DNA from: an uncultured Actinomycetes bacterium | GTDB taxonomy: Bacteria > Actinomycetota > Thermoleophilia > Gaiellales > Gaiellaceae | Length of the DNA: 64,000 nucleotides | Reading direction: 5' to 3' | Assembly: GCA_963715575.1 (NCBI GenBank) | Contig: OY970250.1 | Span: 414,992-478,991 of the forward strand | Shown: positions 8,633-18,157 of the stretch, in pieces | How the letters are laid out: every line of letters begins with the position of its first letter | How positions within the stretch are numbered: the stretch's first letter is position 1 | Translations under genes and position numbers: made by a program | Notes under the pieces: model-generated | The model's input: only the letters and a program-made list of their open reading frames with translations | Told to the model about the DNA's origin: nothing | The model's database searches: none

Positions 8633-9223
8633 GTGTTCAGCCCGTCGGTCGAGAATCTCGTCGCGCAGCTGACCCGCCTGCCGAGCGTGGGCCAGCGCAC
8701 CGCGCAGCGGCTCGCGTTCCACCTGCTGAGCGTGCCCAAGGAGGAGGCGCTCGCCCTGGCCCGTGCGCTCGAGGAGGTGAAGGAGCGCGTCCGCTTCTGC
8801 AACGAGTGCGGGAACCTGACCGAGGACGAGACCTGCGAGATCTGCCGCGACGAGCGGCGCGACCACACGATCGTCTGCGTCGTCGAGCAGCCCGCCGACC
8901 TGATCTCGGTCGAGCGCACGCACGAATACCGCGGCCTCTACCACGTGCTCGGCGGCTCGCTCTCGCCGCTCGACGGCGTCGAGCCGGAGCACCTGCGCAT
9001 CGACCAGCTGCTCGGCCGCGTCGAGCGCAACGGCGTCGAGGAGGTCGTGCTCGCGACGAACCCGAACATGACCGGTGAGGCGACCGCCGCCTTCCTCGCC
9101 GACCGCCTTCGCGGCCGCGTGCGCGTCACCCGTTTGGCGAGCGGACTGCCCGTCGGCGCCGATCTCGAGTACGCCGACGAGGTCACGCTCGGCAGGGCGC
9201 TGTCGGGCCGCCGCGAAATGTGA
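8633..9223 (+). CDS. recR: Recombination protein RecR
   Basis: [17 protein letters not shown], zinc finger [16 protein letters not shown], Toprim-like [28 protein letters not shown]. Confidence 0.95.
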   Translation: MFSPSVENLVAQLTRLPSVGQRTAQRLAFHLLSVPKEEALALARALEEVKERVRFCNECGNLTEDETCEICRDERRDHTIVCVVEQPADLISVERTHEYRGLYHVLGGSLSPLDGVEPEHLRIDQLLGRVERNGVEEVVLATNPNMTGEATAAFLADRLRGRVRVTRLASGLPVGADLEYADEVTLGRALSGRREM

Positions 9224-9239
9224 ACCTAGACTTCCCGTC

Positions 9240-10490
9240 GTGACCACCACTGAGTTCGAGCCGCTTCCCGATCTCGCGGCCGCCGAGCCGAGTGCGGGCA
9301 CGCTCGTAATGAAGTTCGGCGGCTCCTCGGTCGCCGACCCCGGGAAGATCAAGGACGTCGCCCGCCGGCTCGTCGAGATGCAAGCGGCCGGCAACCGCGT
9401 CGTGGCCGTGCTCTCGGCGATGGGCGACTCGACCGACGACCTCGTCCGCCTCGCCTACGAGGTCTCGGCGAGACCGAAGCCGCGCGAGCTGGACATGCTG
9501 ATCTCGGTCGGTGAGCGGATCTCCTGCGCGCTCGCCGCGATGGCGATCCACGACCTCGGCGCCGAGGCGATCAGCCTCACGGGCTCGCAGGCCGGGATCG
9601 TGACCGACACCGTCCACGGCCGCGCCAAGATCGTCGACGTCCGGGCGCGCCGCATCCACGAGGCGCTCGACCAGGACAGGATCGTGCTCGTCGCCGGCTT
9701 CCAGGGCGTCTCCACCGACTTCGACATCACCACGCTCGGCCGCGGCGGCTCCGACACGACCGCCGTCGCGCTGGCGGCCGCGCTCGGCGCCGAGGTCTGC
9801 GAGATCTACACGGACGTCGAGGGCGTCTTCACGGCCGACCCGCGGCTCGTGCCCGAGGCGCGCAAGCTGCACGCGGTCAGCTTCGAGGAGATGCTCGAGC
9901 TGGCCGCCTCGGGCGCGAAGGTGCTGCAGGTACGCTCGGTCGAGATCGCGCGCAGCCACCATGTCAAGCTGCACGTCCGCCCCTCCTACTCGCCGGCGGA
10001 CGGCACCTGGATTCGCGAGGAGGACGATCGGATGCTCGAGAAGGCGCTCATCTCCGGAGTCACGCACACGCGCGAGGAGACGCTCTACCGCGTCGAGGGC
10101 ACGACCGCCGCGCAGCTGTTCGCGGCGCTCGCGGACGCGAGCGTGAACGTGGACACGATCGTCCAGACGGGACCGGAGATCGTCTTCTCGGCGCCTGCCG
10201 ACGACCGCGACGCGGCCGTTGAGGTGCTCGACGGGCTCGGCGTGCAGTGGAGCGCGCGCGACGACCTCGGCAAGGTGAGCGTGATCGGCGCGGGCATGAA
10301 GAGCCACCCGGGCGTGGCGGCGAAGGCGTTCGCGACGCTCGCCGAGGCCGGGATCGAGCCCGAGGTCGTGACGACCTCGCCGATCAAGATCGCCTGCCAC
10401 GTGCGCACCGACGAGGTCGACACGGCCGTCGCGGTGCTGCACCGGGCCTTCGAGCTCGACGCGCCCGAAGCGGAGCGCCAGCATGCCTAG
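9240..10490 (+). CDS. lysC: Aspartate kinase with two C-terminal ACT domains
   Basis: [36 protein letters not shown]...[20 protein letters not shown]; ACT region [20 protein letters not shown]. Start uncertain: GTG 9240 or ATG 9309. The track start 9075 overlaps recR and is unlikely. Confidence 0.9.
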   Translation: MTTTEFEPLPDLAAAEPSAGTLVMKFGGSSVADPGKIKDVARRLVEMQAAGNRVVAVLSAMGDSTDDLVRLAYEVSARPKPRELDMLISVGERISCALAAMAIHDLGAEAISLTGSQAGIVTDTVHGRAKIVDVRARRIHEALDQDRIVLVAGFQGVSTDFDITTLGRGGSDTTAVALAAALGAEVCEIYTDVEGVFTADPRLVPEARKLHAVSFEEMLELAASGAKVLQVRSVEIARSHHVKLHVRPSYSPADGTWIREEDDRMLEKALISGVTHTREETLYRVEGTTAAQLFAALADASVNVDTIVQTGPEIVFSAPADDRDAAVEVLDGLGVQWSARDDLGKVSVIGAGMKSHPGVAAKAFATLAEAGIEPEVVTTSPIKIACHVRTDEVDTAVAVLHRAFELDAPEAERQHA

Positions 10491-11415
10491 GGTCGCGGTT
10501 GTCGGGGCAACCGGTGCGGTCGGCCGCGTCGTGGTCGAGCTCCTGCCCGAGCGCGGCTTCGACGACGTGCGCCTGTTCGCGTCGGCTCGCTCGGCCGGGA
10601 GCGAGGTCGACGGCCGGGTGATCGAGGAGGCCACGCCCGAGGCGCTCGCCGCGGGCGACCTCGACCTCTGCCTCTTCTCGGTCGGCTCCCGCGCGAGCCG
10701 CGAGCTCGTCCCGCACGCGGTGCGCGGCGGCGCGGTCTGCGTCGACAAGTCCGAGGCCTTCCGCCTGCAGGACGGCGTGCCCCTCGTCGTGCCCGAGGTG
10801 AACGGCGAGCGGGCGGTCGAGCACGACGGCGTCGTGGCCAACCCGAACTGCTGCACGATCCCGCTGACGCTCGTGCTGAAGCCGCTGCACGACGCGGTCG
10901 GCCTGCGCGCCGTGCGCGTCGCCACCTACCAGTCGGCCTCGGGCAAGGGCGCCCAGCGGCTGCAGCAGCTGCTCGACGAGCCGCAGGCCGAGCACGACCT
11001 GTCCGCCGACTGGGACTTCGACGGCGAGGAGTTCGACGAGGAGGTCAAGCTGCGCGAGGAGACGCGCAAGATCCTCGAGCTGCCCGCGCTGCCGGTGAGC
11101 GCGACCTGTGTTCGCGTGCCGGTGCCGGTCGGGCACGCCGAGTCGGTGTGGCTCGAGACGGAGGAGCCGCTCGACCCTTCGCGCGCGCGTGAGCTACTCG
11201 CCGCGGCGCCTGCCGTGCGGGTCGAGGACGTCCCGACCCCAGGCCTGGCGGCCGGCGGTGACGAGGCGCTCGTCGGCCGCATCCGCCGCGACCCGGCCGC
11301 AGAGAACAGCCTCGCGCTGTTCATCGCCTGCGACAACCTGCGCAAAGGCGCGGCCCTGAACGGGATCCAGATCGCCGAGCTCGTGCTCTCGCAGCAGCCG
11401 GCTGCGGCCCGATAG
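10483..11415 (+). CDS. asd: Aspartate-semialdehyde dehydrogenase
   Basis: [36 protein letters not shown] (active-site Cys), [10 protein letters not shown]. 8-nt overlap with lysC. Confidence 0.93.
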   Translation: MPRVAVVGATGAVGRVVVELLPERGFDDVRLFASARSAGSEVDGRVIEEATPEALAAGDLDLCLFSVGSRASRELVPHAVRGGAVCVDKSEAFRLQDGVPLVVPEVNGERAVEHDGVVANPNCCTIPLTLVLKPLHDAVGLRAVRVATYQSASGKGAQRLQQLLDEPQAEHDLSADWDFDGEEFDEEVKLREETRKILELPALPVSATCVRVPVPVGHAESVWLETEEPLDPSRARELLAAAPAVRVEDVPTPGLAAGGDEALVGRIRRDPAAENSLALFIACDNLRKGAALNGIQIAELVLSQQPAAAR

Positions 11416-11473
11416 GCCGTACTCCGGTCGAACGCTCAAGCCGCGCGCGGAAAATCCCGATACCTGCCGAGAT

Positions 11474-11944
11474 ATGCGGCCGGCACGACTCGACCACACC
11501 TTTTTCGACAACGAGCCCCGCTCGCACCTGGGCGCCTTGCTGTTGCGCAAGGGCCTGGTCACGAACGAGGAGCTCGACCAGGCGCTCGAGCAGCGCCGGC
11601 AGGGCGAGTTCCTCGGCGAGGCGCTCGTGCGGCTGCGCTTCTGCTTCGAGAACGACATCGCCCGCGTGCTCGCCGAGCAGGCCGGCGTCGAGTTCATCGA
11701 CATCGGCATCACCTCGGTCGACCACCGGGCCGTCGGCCTCCTTCAATGGGAGCAGGCGCAAATGCTGCGGGCGATCCCCGTCCGCCTCCATCCCGACGGT
11801 GACGTCTCGGTGGCCGTCGCCGACCCCACCGACGACACCCTGCTGCCGACGCTCAGGCTCGCGACGGGACATCCCGTCCGGCTGCTCGTGACGACGCCCA
11901 CGGCCCTCCGGGCCGCCTGGGCGACTGCGTACCCGCAGCGCTAG
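11474..11944 (+). CDS. Stand-alone T2SS GspE N-terminal (MshEN-like) domain protein
   Basis: HLGALLLRKGLVTNEELDQALEQRRQ and FLGEALVRLRFCFENDIARVLAEQ resemble the tandem MshEN motif. IDIGITSVDHRAVGLL...AIPV typical of T2SSE_N. No ATPase domain. Confidence 0.65.
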   Translation: MRPARLDHTFFDNEPRSHLGALLLRKGLVTNEELDQALEQRRQGEFLGEALVRLRFCFENDIARVLAEQAGVEFIDIGITSVDHRAVGLLQWEQAQMLRAIPVRLHPDGDVSVAVADPTDDTLLPTLRLATGHPVRLLVTTPTALRAAWATAYPQR

Positions 11945-12567
11945 GGGCGACGCGGCTCGAGCACCGGCTCAGGCAGCAGCGCGTCCTTCAGCGCCCGCAG
12001 TACCTTGGCGCGCTTGCCTTCCAGGACCGGCACGAGCCCGCCGAGCTCCAGCCGCGCCAGCTCGACGGGGCCCGAGGAGCGGATCGGCCGGAAGCCGAAG
12101 TCGGCCAGGAAGTCATGTGGAAAGACCGTGCGGTGGACGAGGAAGCGCTCGTAGTCGGACTCGCCCTCGGGGTAGCGGTACGCGAACGTCTCGAGCGCTG
12201 CAGCGCCCTTGTCCTTCGCCTCGCCGATCGCGGCGAGGAAGAGTGACTGCAGCACCCACGGGCTCGAGCGGTCGACCAGGTAGGCGCACGTGACGAGCAC
12301 GGCGTCGTCCGACGGCGGGCCCGCGGGCAGCTCGGCGGCGCGCGGGAAGAGCCGCGCCGCGCCGTACTGCATCGAGCCGAGCGCGTGACCGTCGTCGTCG
12401 TAGTAGATCGTCCCCCAGGCGCCGAACTCGGTCTCGGCCTTCTCGATCCAGCGGTGCTTGTCGCGCTCGCGGCCGCCGGTGCGCGACTGCCACCACATGC
12501 AGCTGTGGCAGACGGTCGGCGCGTGCTCGAGCGTCGCGCCGGTCAGACCGGCGATGCGGACGCTCAT
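11941..12567 (-). CDS. Conserved hypothetical protein (possible GNAT-fold)
   Basis: 208-aa ORF with good GC3 and an ATGA overlap with the upstream Asp23 gene. CHSCMWWQ near the N-terminus. No confident family assignment from sequence alone. Confidence 0.55.
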   Translation of the reverse strand: MSVRIAGLTGATLEHAPTVCHSCMWWQSRTGGRERDKHRWIEKAETEFGAWGTIYYDDDGHALGSMQYGAARLFPRAAELPAGPPSDDAVLVTCAYLVDRSSPWVLQSLFLAAIGEAKDKGAAALETFAYRYPEGESDYERFLVHRTVFPHDFLADFGFRPIRSSGPVELARLELGGLVPVLEGKRAKVLRALKDALLPEPVLEPRRP

Positions 12568-12854
12568 GCAACCTCGTCGATCACGACGTCCACGGCCCTC
12601 GGCCGCGAGCCCGCCATCCGCTCGAGGTAATCGGCCACCCGGCGCTGCACCTCCGCGCCGACCTCCTGCGCCGCCGCTCCGGGCGCGAGCTCGAGGTGGA
12701 GCTCCACGCGCACGCCGTCCTCCACGCTGATGCGGACGGCGCCCTGCCGCGGCAGCCTGCCCTCGACCAGCCCGGCGACACCTTCGACCTCCCGCGCGGC
12801 GTCGGCCGCGTACCTGGCGAGCACGTCGTCGGCAATGCTCGCAATCCCTTCCAT
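12564..12854 (-). CDS. Asp23/Gls24 family stress protein
   Basis: MEGIASIADDVLARYAADAAREVEGVAGLVEG...VRVELHLELAPGAAAQEVGAEVQRRVADYLERMAG...VDVVIDEV. Start ATG 12852-12854 shares one base with the upstream TGA. The 465-aa track ORF is an over-extension. Confidence 0.8.
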   Translation of the reverse strand: MEGIASIADDVLARYAADAAREVEGVAGLVEGRLPRQGAVRISVEDGVRVELHLELAPGAAAQEVGAEVQRRVADYLERMAGSRPRAVDVVIDEVA

Positions 12855-13660
12855 CAGCCGGATTCTAGGATCAGCTCGGTCGCCTCCGGGCGCGCGAGGA
12901 AGCGGAAGGGGACGAAGGTCGTGCCCAGGCCGGCGGAGAGGTGCAGCGTGGCCGCCGGCCGCCGGTAGAGGCCGCGGATGTAGCTCCAGCGGATATGCGC
13001 GAGCCGCAGCCGCCCACCGGGCCAGGGGAGACAGATCTGGCCCGCGTGCAGGTGGCCCGAGAGGACGAGGTGGAACGCGCCCTCCGGCAGCCGGTCGATC
13101 ACGTCCGGGAAGTGGCAGAGCAGGATCCGCAAGTCGGCACTCTCGTCCACCAGCCGCTCCGGCTGCGACAGGCGGCGCCGGAAGGTCCGCGGGTCGACGC
13201 CGGCGATCTGGACGCGGCGGCCGCGCAGCTCGATCGTGCGCGAGTCGTCCGCGAGCAGCGTGGCCGGCTCGAGGTCGGCGACGGCGGCGGGATGCGAGAA
13301 CGGGTCGCGCGTCGAGGCGAAGTCGTGGTTGCCGAGCACCGCGAAGCAGCGCGGCAGTCGCGCCAGCAGCGCCCGCAGCCATGGCTCGCCGCCGGGGCGC
13401 GAAAGCAGGTCGCCGCTGATCAGCGTCAGGTCGGGCTGTCGTTGTTCGACCCAATCGACCGCGCGCTCGACGGCCGTCACGCCGCGCGACGGGACGCCCA
13501 GGTGGAAGTCGGAGAGGTGCGCGATCCGCAGCCCTTCGAGCTCGGGCGGCAGGCCCGGCAGCGCGCACGGCAGCGTCTCGAGCCGTACCCAGCCGGCCTC
13601 GAAATGCCCCCACGCCAGGCCGGCCGCCGCCGCGGCGCCGCCGAGCCTGATCAGACGCAA
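12854..13660 (-). CDS. Metallophosphoesterase (YkuE/calcineurin-like)
   Basis: IAHLSDFHLG, LISGDL, VLGNHD, LCHFPD, LSGHLHAGQ metallophosphatase blocks. TTG start directly after the upstream TAG. Confidence 0.85.
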   Translation of the reverse strand: MRLIRLGGAAAAAGLAWGHFEAGWVRLETLPCALPGLPPELEGLRIAHLSDFHLGVPSRGVTAVERAVDWVEQRQPDLTLISGDLLSRPGGEPWLRALLARLPRCFAVLGNHDFASTRDPFSHPAAVADLEPATLLADDSRTIELRGRRVQIAGVDPRTFRRRLSQPERLVDESADLRILLCHFPDVIDRLPEGAFHLVLSGHLHAGQICLPWPGGRLRLAHIRWSYIRGLYRRPAATLHLSAGLGTTFVPFRFLARPEATELILESG

Positions 13661-14560
13661 CTACGCCTCGAGCTTCTCGACGACCGGCTCCACCGAGACG
13701 ACGTGACGCTTGAATCGCAGCTCGGACTCCTCGAGCCCGGCCGCCACCCCGATCAGCTGCGAGAGGTGCAGGATCGGCATCGCGAAGTCCTTGCCCGTCG
13801 ACTTCTTCAGCTTCGACTGCCACGCGTCGAGCGAGAGGTGGCAGAGCGGGCAGGGCGTCACGATCGCGTCGGCGCCCGCCTCGCTGGCCTGCTCGATCGG
13901 CTGGATCAGCTCGCCGAGCGCGGTCTCCTCGCGCGCCTGAATAATCGGGAAGCCGCAGCACTTGATCTTGGCGGGGTAGTCGACCGGCTCACCGCCGCAG
14001 GCCTCGATGATCGCCTCCAGCGACCACGGCTTGTCCGAGTCCTCGAAGCCGAGCACCTTCGACGGCCGCAGGATCTGACAGCCGTAGAAGGGCGCGATCT
14101 TGAGGCCCTTCAAGCCCTTGTGCGCGACAGTCTTCAGCTGCTCGTAGCCGTCACCCTCGGCGATCAGCCAGAGCAGGTGCTTGACCTCGACAGTGCCCGC
14201 GTACGGCGGGGCGCCGACGGTCTCGAGGTTCGCGCTCACGCGCGCGCGCAGCTCGTCGTCGTTCTTGAGCTGCCAGTTCGCCTGCCGCAGGTTGAGCGTG
14301 CAGACGTTGCAGATCGTCATCAGCGTGTCGCACCCCGTCGCCTCGGCATAGGCCAGGATGCGCGCGTTCAGGTGCAGGTAGTAGTCGGGCTCGGCCTCGT
14401 GGATGTCGCCGGCGCCGCAGCAGGTGACCGACTCGAGCTCGTCCAGCTCGAATCCGAGCTGCGGCGCGAGCGCCTGCGTCGAGATGTCGAGCTCCTTCGC
14501 CGAGAGCGAGGCGAGGCAGCCCTTGTAGTACGCGACGCGCTTGGGCTCAGTCGCCGCCAC
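13661..14560 (-). CDS. HdrB-like two-CCG-domain subunit of non-classical (type E-like) succinate dehydrogenase/fumarate reductase
   Basis: Two cysteine-rich CCG motifs (SVTCCGAGD and KIKCCGFP; TPCPLCH). Directly downstream of, and overlapping, sdhB. Confidence 0.8.
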   Translation of the reverse strand: MAATEPKRVAYYKGCLASLSAKELDISTQALAPQLGFELDELESVTCCGAGDIHEAEPDYYLHLNARILAYAEATGCDTLMTICNVCTLNLRQANWQLKNDDELRARVSANLETVGAPPYAGTVEVKHLLWLIAEGDGYEQLKTVAHKGLKGLKIAPFYGCQILRPSKVLGFEDSDKPWSLEAIIEACGGEPVDYPAKIKCCGFPIIQAREETALGELIQPIEQASEAGADAIVTPCPLCHLSLDAWQSKLKKSTGKDFAMPILHLSQLIGVAAGLEESELRFKRHVVSVEPVVEKLEA

Positions 14561-15626
14561 TCTTGCCTCCTGACTGCTCGGGCGAGATCCGGCTCGCCGG
14601 TGCGTGATCGGGGTCGGCCTCGAGCACGTGCTCGATCATCGCGAGGCCCTTTTCGCCCTGGACGATCCCGGCCGCGCCCTCGCGGCCCTGCATGCGCACG
14701 AGGTCGTGCAGCGCCCGCGCCTCCTTGACGTCCTTCGCCACGTGCGGCGGGAACGGCGCCGGCACCTTGCCGTGCTTCGCGAGCTTGAGGGCGAAGCCGA
14801 TCTGCTTGACCGCTTCGACCGTCCCCTGGGTCTTCGGCACCAGCTCGGTCTCGCGCAGCCAGCCGGTCGTCTCGGCCGACTTGACGAACCACTTCGCGTG
14901 CTTGGCGCCCATGTCGTGGTCGACCTTCTGCTTGATCGACTCGGCGCCGAGCTTGGCGATCGCGTCGCGCGGGTCGACGCCCTTCGGGCAGCGCTCATTG
15001 CAGAAGTAGCAGCGCGTGCAGTCCCAGATCCCGTGCTCCTGGTTGTACTCGTTCAGCCGCGCGATGTCGGCCGCGTCGCGAACGTCGCCGACGAAGCGGA
15101 AGCCCTTGGCGAGCGCGGCGGGCCCGAGGAACTCCGGGTCGGACTCCATCGAGTTGCACTCCGAGACGCAGCAGCCGCACATGATGCAGAGCGCCTCCTT
15201 GTGAATCGCGTTCACCTGCTGCTGCGAGACGATGCGCTCCTTCTCCGCGACCTCGTCGTAGCCGGGGTCGAGCCACGGCTTCATCGCGCGGATCTTGTTC
15301 CAGAACGGCGCCATGTCCACGACCAGGTCCTTGAGCACGGGCATGTTCCCCATCGGCGCGATCGTCGGGACGTGGCCGGCTTCCACGATCGGCCGCATCG
15401 GCTCCTTGCAGGCAAGGATGGCGCGGCCGTCCATGCGCATTCCGCACGAGCCGCAGATCATCATGCGGCAGCTCTTGCGGTACGCGAGCGTGCCGTCGTG
15501 CTTGTCCTTGATCAGGTCGAGCACGTCGAGCAGGCAGGCCCACTCGGGCGCGTCGACCTCGTACTCGCGCAGCTCGCGCTCCCCGCGCTGCGGGTTGTAG
15601 CGCCAGATTTTCAGCGCGACGTCCAT
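14547..15626 (-). CDS. sdhB: Succinate dehydrogenase/fumarate reductase iron-sulfur subunit with ~110-aa C-terminal extension
   Basis: CRMMICGSCGMRMDG..LAC (2Fe-2S), CIMCGCCVSEC and CTRCYFCNERCP (4Fe-4S / 3Fe-4S). ATG 15624-15626 shares one base with the lipoprotein gene stop. Confidence 0.9.
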   Translation of the reverse strand: MDVALKIWRYNPQRGERELREYEVDAPEWACLLDVLDLIKDKHDGTLAYRKSCRMMICGSCGMRMDGRAILACKEPMRPIVEAGHVPTIAPMGNMPVLKDLVVDMAPFWNKIRAMKPWLDPGYDEVAEKERIVSQQQVNAIHKEALCIMCGCCVSECNSMESDPEFLGPAALAKGFRFVGDVRDAADIARLNEYNQEHGIWDCTRCYFCNERCPKGVDPRDAIAKLGAESIKQKVDHDMGAKHAKWFVKSAETTGWLRETELVPKTQGTVEAVKQIGFALKLAKHGKVPAPFPPHVAKDVKEARALHDLVRMQGREGAAGIVQGEKGLAMIEHVLEADPDHAPASRISPEQSGGKSGGD

Positions 15627-16396
15627 CAACCCACCGTTTTCGTCAGGTCGACGACCGAGTCAGAGGGCGGGGCGCTGATCGCGACGGGCTTGCCGAAGTC
15701 GTGGAGCTCCATCGTCACCTTCGCGGCCTGCCGCCGGCCCGCGTGCTCGTCGTAGCGCACCTTGCGAATGTAGCCGTTCCCGTCGACCCAGACGTCCAGG
15801 GGCAGCGTCTTCACGCCGCTCTGCGAGATCACGCCCTGGACGGCCGTCCGGGTGGCTCCGCTCGCGCGCTGCGCGGCACGGTCGAGGTTCGCGGAGACGC
15901 TGTAGTGGGTCGTGTCCACCCCGCCGACCGACTCCGAGCCGATCTTGTCCACCGTCGAGGAGCCCTGCAGGTAGGCGAGCGCGTTCGCCGGCGTCGGGCT
16001 GGCGTCGAGGATCCCGCTCACGTCGGTGCTCCCCTGCGCGCTGCCGAGCGTCGTGAGGTTGAGCTTGATCCACTGCTTGTCCTGGGTGGTGGCCTGGGCG
16101 AAGGCCGGCGAGCGCAGGTAGAGGATGTCGCCGTCGACGAACGAGTCGACCGGGATCTCCCGCCCGCTCGCGTTCAGCTTCATCTTCAGCTCCCCGGTGC
16201 GCTGCTTGCTGTTGAAGATGCCGCTGCCGCTCCCGGACAGGCCCTGGGCCGACACCGCGAAGTCGGCTTCGAGGCTGCCGGTGCTCGCGGTCTTGGAGGC
16301 CGCTCGGGCGATGTCGTCGGGTGTGGCCGAAGAGCCGCCGCCACCGCCACACCCGGCCGCGACGAGCGCGACCGCTCCCAGCGCGAGGCGGCGCAT
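15626..16396 (-). CDS. Putative lipoprotein embedded between sdhA and sdhB
   Basis: MRRLALGAVALVAAGCGGGGGSS (lipobox VAAGC). Mature part is beta-rich with no family recognised. 1-nt overlaps at both ends (TGATG). Confidence 0.7.
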   Translation of the reverse strand: MRRLALGAVALVAAGCGGGGGSSATPDDIARAASKTASTGSLEADFAVSAQGLSGSGSGIFNSKQRTGELKMKLNASGREIPVDSFVDGDILYLRSPAFAQATTQDKQWIKLNLTTLGSAQGSTDVSGILDASPTPANALAYLQGSSTVDKIGSESVGGVDTTHYSVSANLDRAAQRASGATRTAVQGVISQSGVKTLPLDVWVDGNGYIRKVRYDEHAGRRQAAKVTMELHDFGKPVAISAPPSDSVVDLTKTVG

Positions 16397-18105
16397 CAGT
16401 ACGTCCGCTCCATCGGCTGCCACTTCGTGACCGTGACCGGCTTCCAGCCGAGCCTCGGCGCGCCGTTCTCGATCGTCACGAGCGTGTGCCGCATGTAGTT
16501 CTCGTCGTCGCGCTCCGGGTAGTCGTAGGGCCTTGCGTGTGCGCCGCGGCTTTCCTTGCGCTCGATGCCCGCGACGACCATGCAGGAGGCGAGGTCGAGC
16601 AGGAAGCCGAGCTCGAGCGCCTGGGTCAGGTCGTTGTTGAAGACGTCGCCCTTGTCCTCGACGACCACCTGCTCGTAGCGCTCGCGCAGGCCGTCGACGA
16701 TCTGCTCCTGCTTGCGCATCTGCTCCTCGCGCCGGAAGACGCCGAAGTTCTCGTGCATCGTCTCGGCCAGCTCGTTGCGGATCGACCAGGGCCGCTCGCC
16801 CTCGGTTCGGTCGAGCAGCTCCTGCAGCTCCTGCTTCGCGTCGGCCTCCGCGCTCGCCGGGACCTCGACGGTCGTGTGCGTCAGCGCCCAGTCGGCAGCG
16901 TGGGCGCCCGCGCGCTTGCCGTAGGTGATCGTCTCCATCAGCGCGTTACCGCCGAGCCGGTTGGCGCCGTGCACGGAGACGCAGGCGCACTCGCCGGCGG
17001 CGTAGAGCCCCTCGAGCGAGGTGCGGCCCCAGACATCCGTGTCGACGCCGCCCATGTGGTAGTGGGCTCCCGGCCGCACCGGGATCGGCTCGTGGATCGG
17101 GTCGACGCCCGCGAAGACCATCGCCAGCTCGCGGGTGCCGTGCAGCCGCTCGAGGATCTTCTCCGCGCCCAGGTGGCGCATGTCGAGCAGCACGTTGCCG
17201 TCCACGCCGCGGCCCTCGTCGATCTCGGTCTGCTCCGCCCGCGAGATGACGTCGCGCGAGGCGAGCTCCATCGCGTTCGGCGCATAGCGCTTGAGAAAGC
17301 GGTCGCCTTCCGAGTTGAGCAGGTAGGCGCCCTCGCCGCGCGTTCCCTCGGTGATCAGGACGCCGGTCGGCGCGAGGGTCGTCGGGTGGAACTGCATCAT
17401 CTCCATGTCCTCGAGCGCGACCCCGAGCCGGAGCGCCTGCGCCATCCCGTCGCCGGTGCAGGCGTAGGCGTTGGTCGTGCCGGTGTAGAGCCGGCCCGCG
17501 CCGCCGGTGGTGAGGATCACGGTCTTCGCCCCGATCGCGGCGAGGCCGCCGTCGAGCAGGTTCCAGGCGATCACACCCTGGCAGCGGCCTTCGTGCTCGA
17601 CCAGCTTCCAGACGAAGAACTCCTCGTAGACCTTGAGGTCGCGCTTCATCACCTGCTCGTAGAGGACGTGCACGAGCACGTGCCCGGTGATGTCGGCCGC
17701 GTAGGCGGTTCGCGGCTCGCCGGCCGCCCCGAACGGGCGCTGCGCGATGCGGCCGTCGTCGGTGCGCGAGAAGACCGCGCCCCAGTGCTCGAGCTGGTAG
17801 ACGTCGTCCGGCGCCTCGTCGCAGAGGATCTCGATCGCGTCCTGGTCGCCGAGGTAGTCGGAGCCCTTGACCGTGTCGAAGGCGTGCTTCTCGGGGTCGT
17901 CCTCGGACGCGTTCCCGAGTGCCGCGTTGATCCCGCCCTCGGCCGCGCCCGAGTGGCTGCGGGTGGGATGGATCTTCGAGACAAGCGCGACGTCGGCGCC
18001 CGCGTCATACGCCTCGATGGCCGCACGCATGCCCGCGCAGCCGGCCCCGACAACGAGCACGTCGTGCTTCGCTTCCACCGGATCGGACGCTATCGGAACC
18101 GACAT
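16396..18105 (-). CDS. sdhA: Succinate dehydrogenase/fumarate reductase flavoprotein subunit
   Basis: Start ATG 18103-18105 (MSVPIASDPVEAKHDVLVVGAGCAGMRAA); HPTRSHSGAAEGG, GLYAAGECACVSVHGANRLGGN. Confidence 0.95.
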   Translation of the reverse strand: MSVPIASDPVEAKHDVLVVGAGCAGMRAAIEAYDAGADVALVSKIHPTRSHSGAAEGGINAALGNASEDDPEKHAFDTVKGSDYLGDQDAIEILCDEAPDDVYQLEHWGAVFSRTDDGRIAQRPFGAAGEPRTAYAADITGHVLVHVLYEQVMKRDLKVYEEFFVWKLVEHEGRCQGVIAWNLLDGGLAAIGAKTVILTTGGAGRLYTGTTNAYACTGDGMAQALRLGVALEDMEMMQFHPTTLAPTGVLITEGTRGEGAYLLNSEGDRFLKRYAPNAMELASRDVISRAEQTEIDEGRGVDGNVLLDMRHLGAEKILERLHGTRELAMVFAGVDPIHEPIPVRPGAHYHMGGVDTDVWGRTSLEGLYAAGECACVSVHGANRLGGNALMETITYGKRAGAHAADWALTHTTVEVPASAEADAKQELQELLDRTEGERPWSIRNELAETMHENFGVFRREEQMRKQEQIVDGLRERYEQVVVEDKGDVFNNDLTQALELGFLLDLASCMVVAGIERKESRGAHARPYDYPERDDENYMRHTLVTIENGAPRLGWKPVTVTKWQPMERTY

Positions 18106-18157
18106 CGCTCGCGGCCCTGGAACGCGCTCCCCGGCGTCTGAAAAACAGCTCGTGGGT

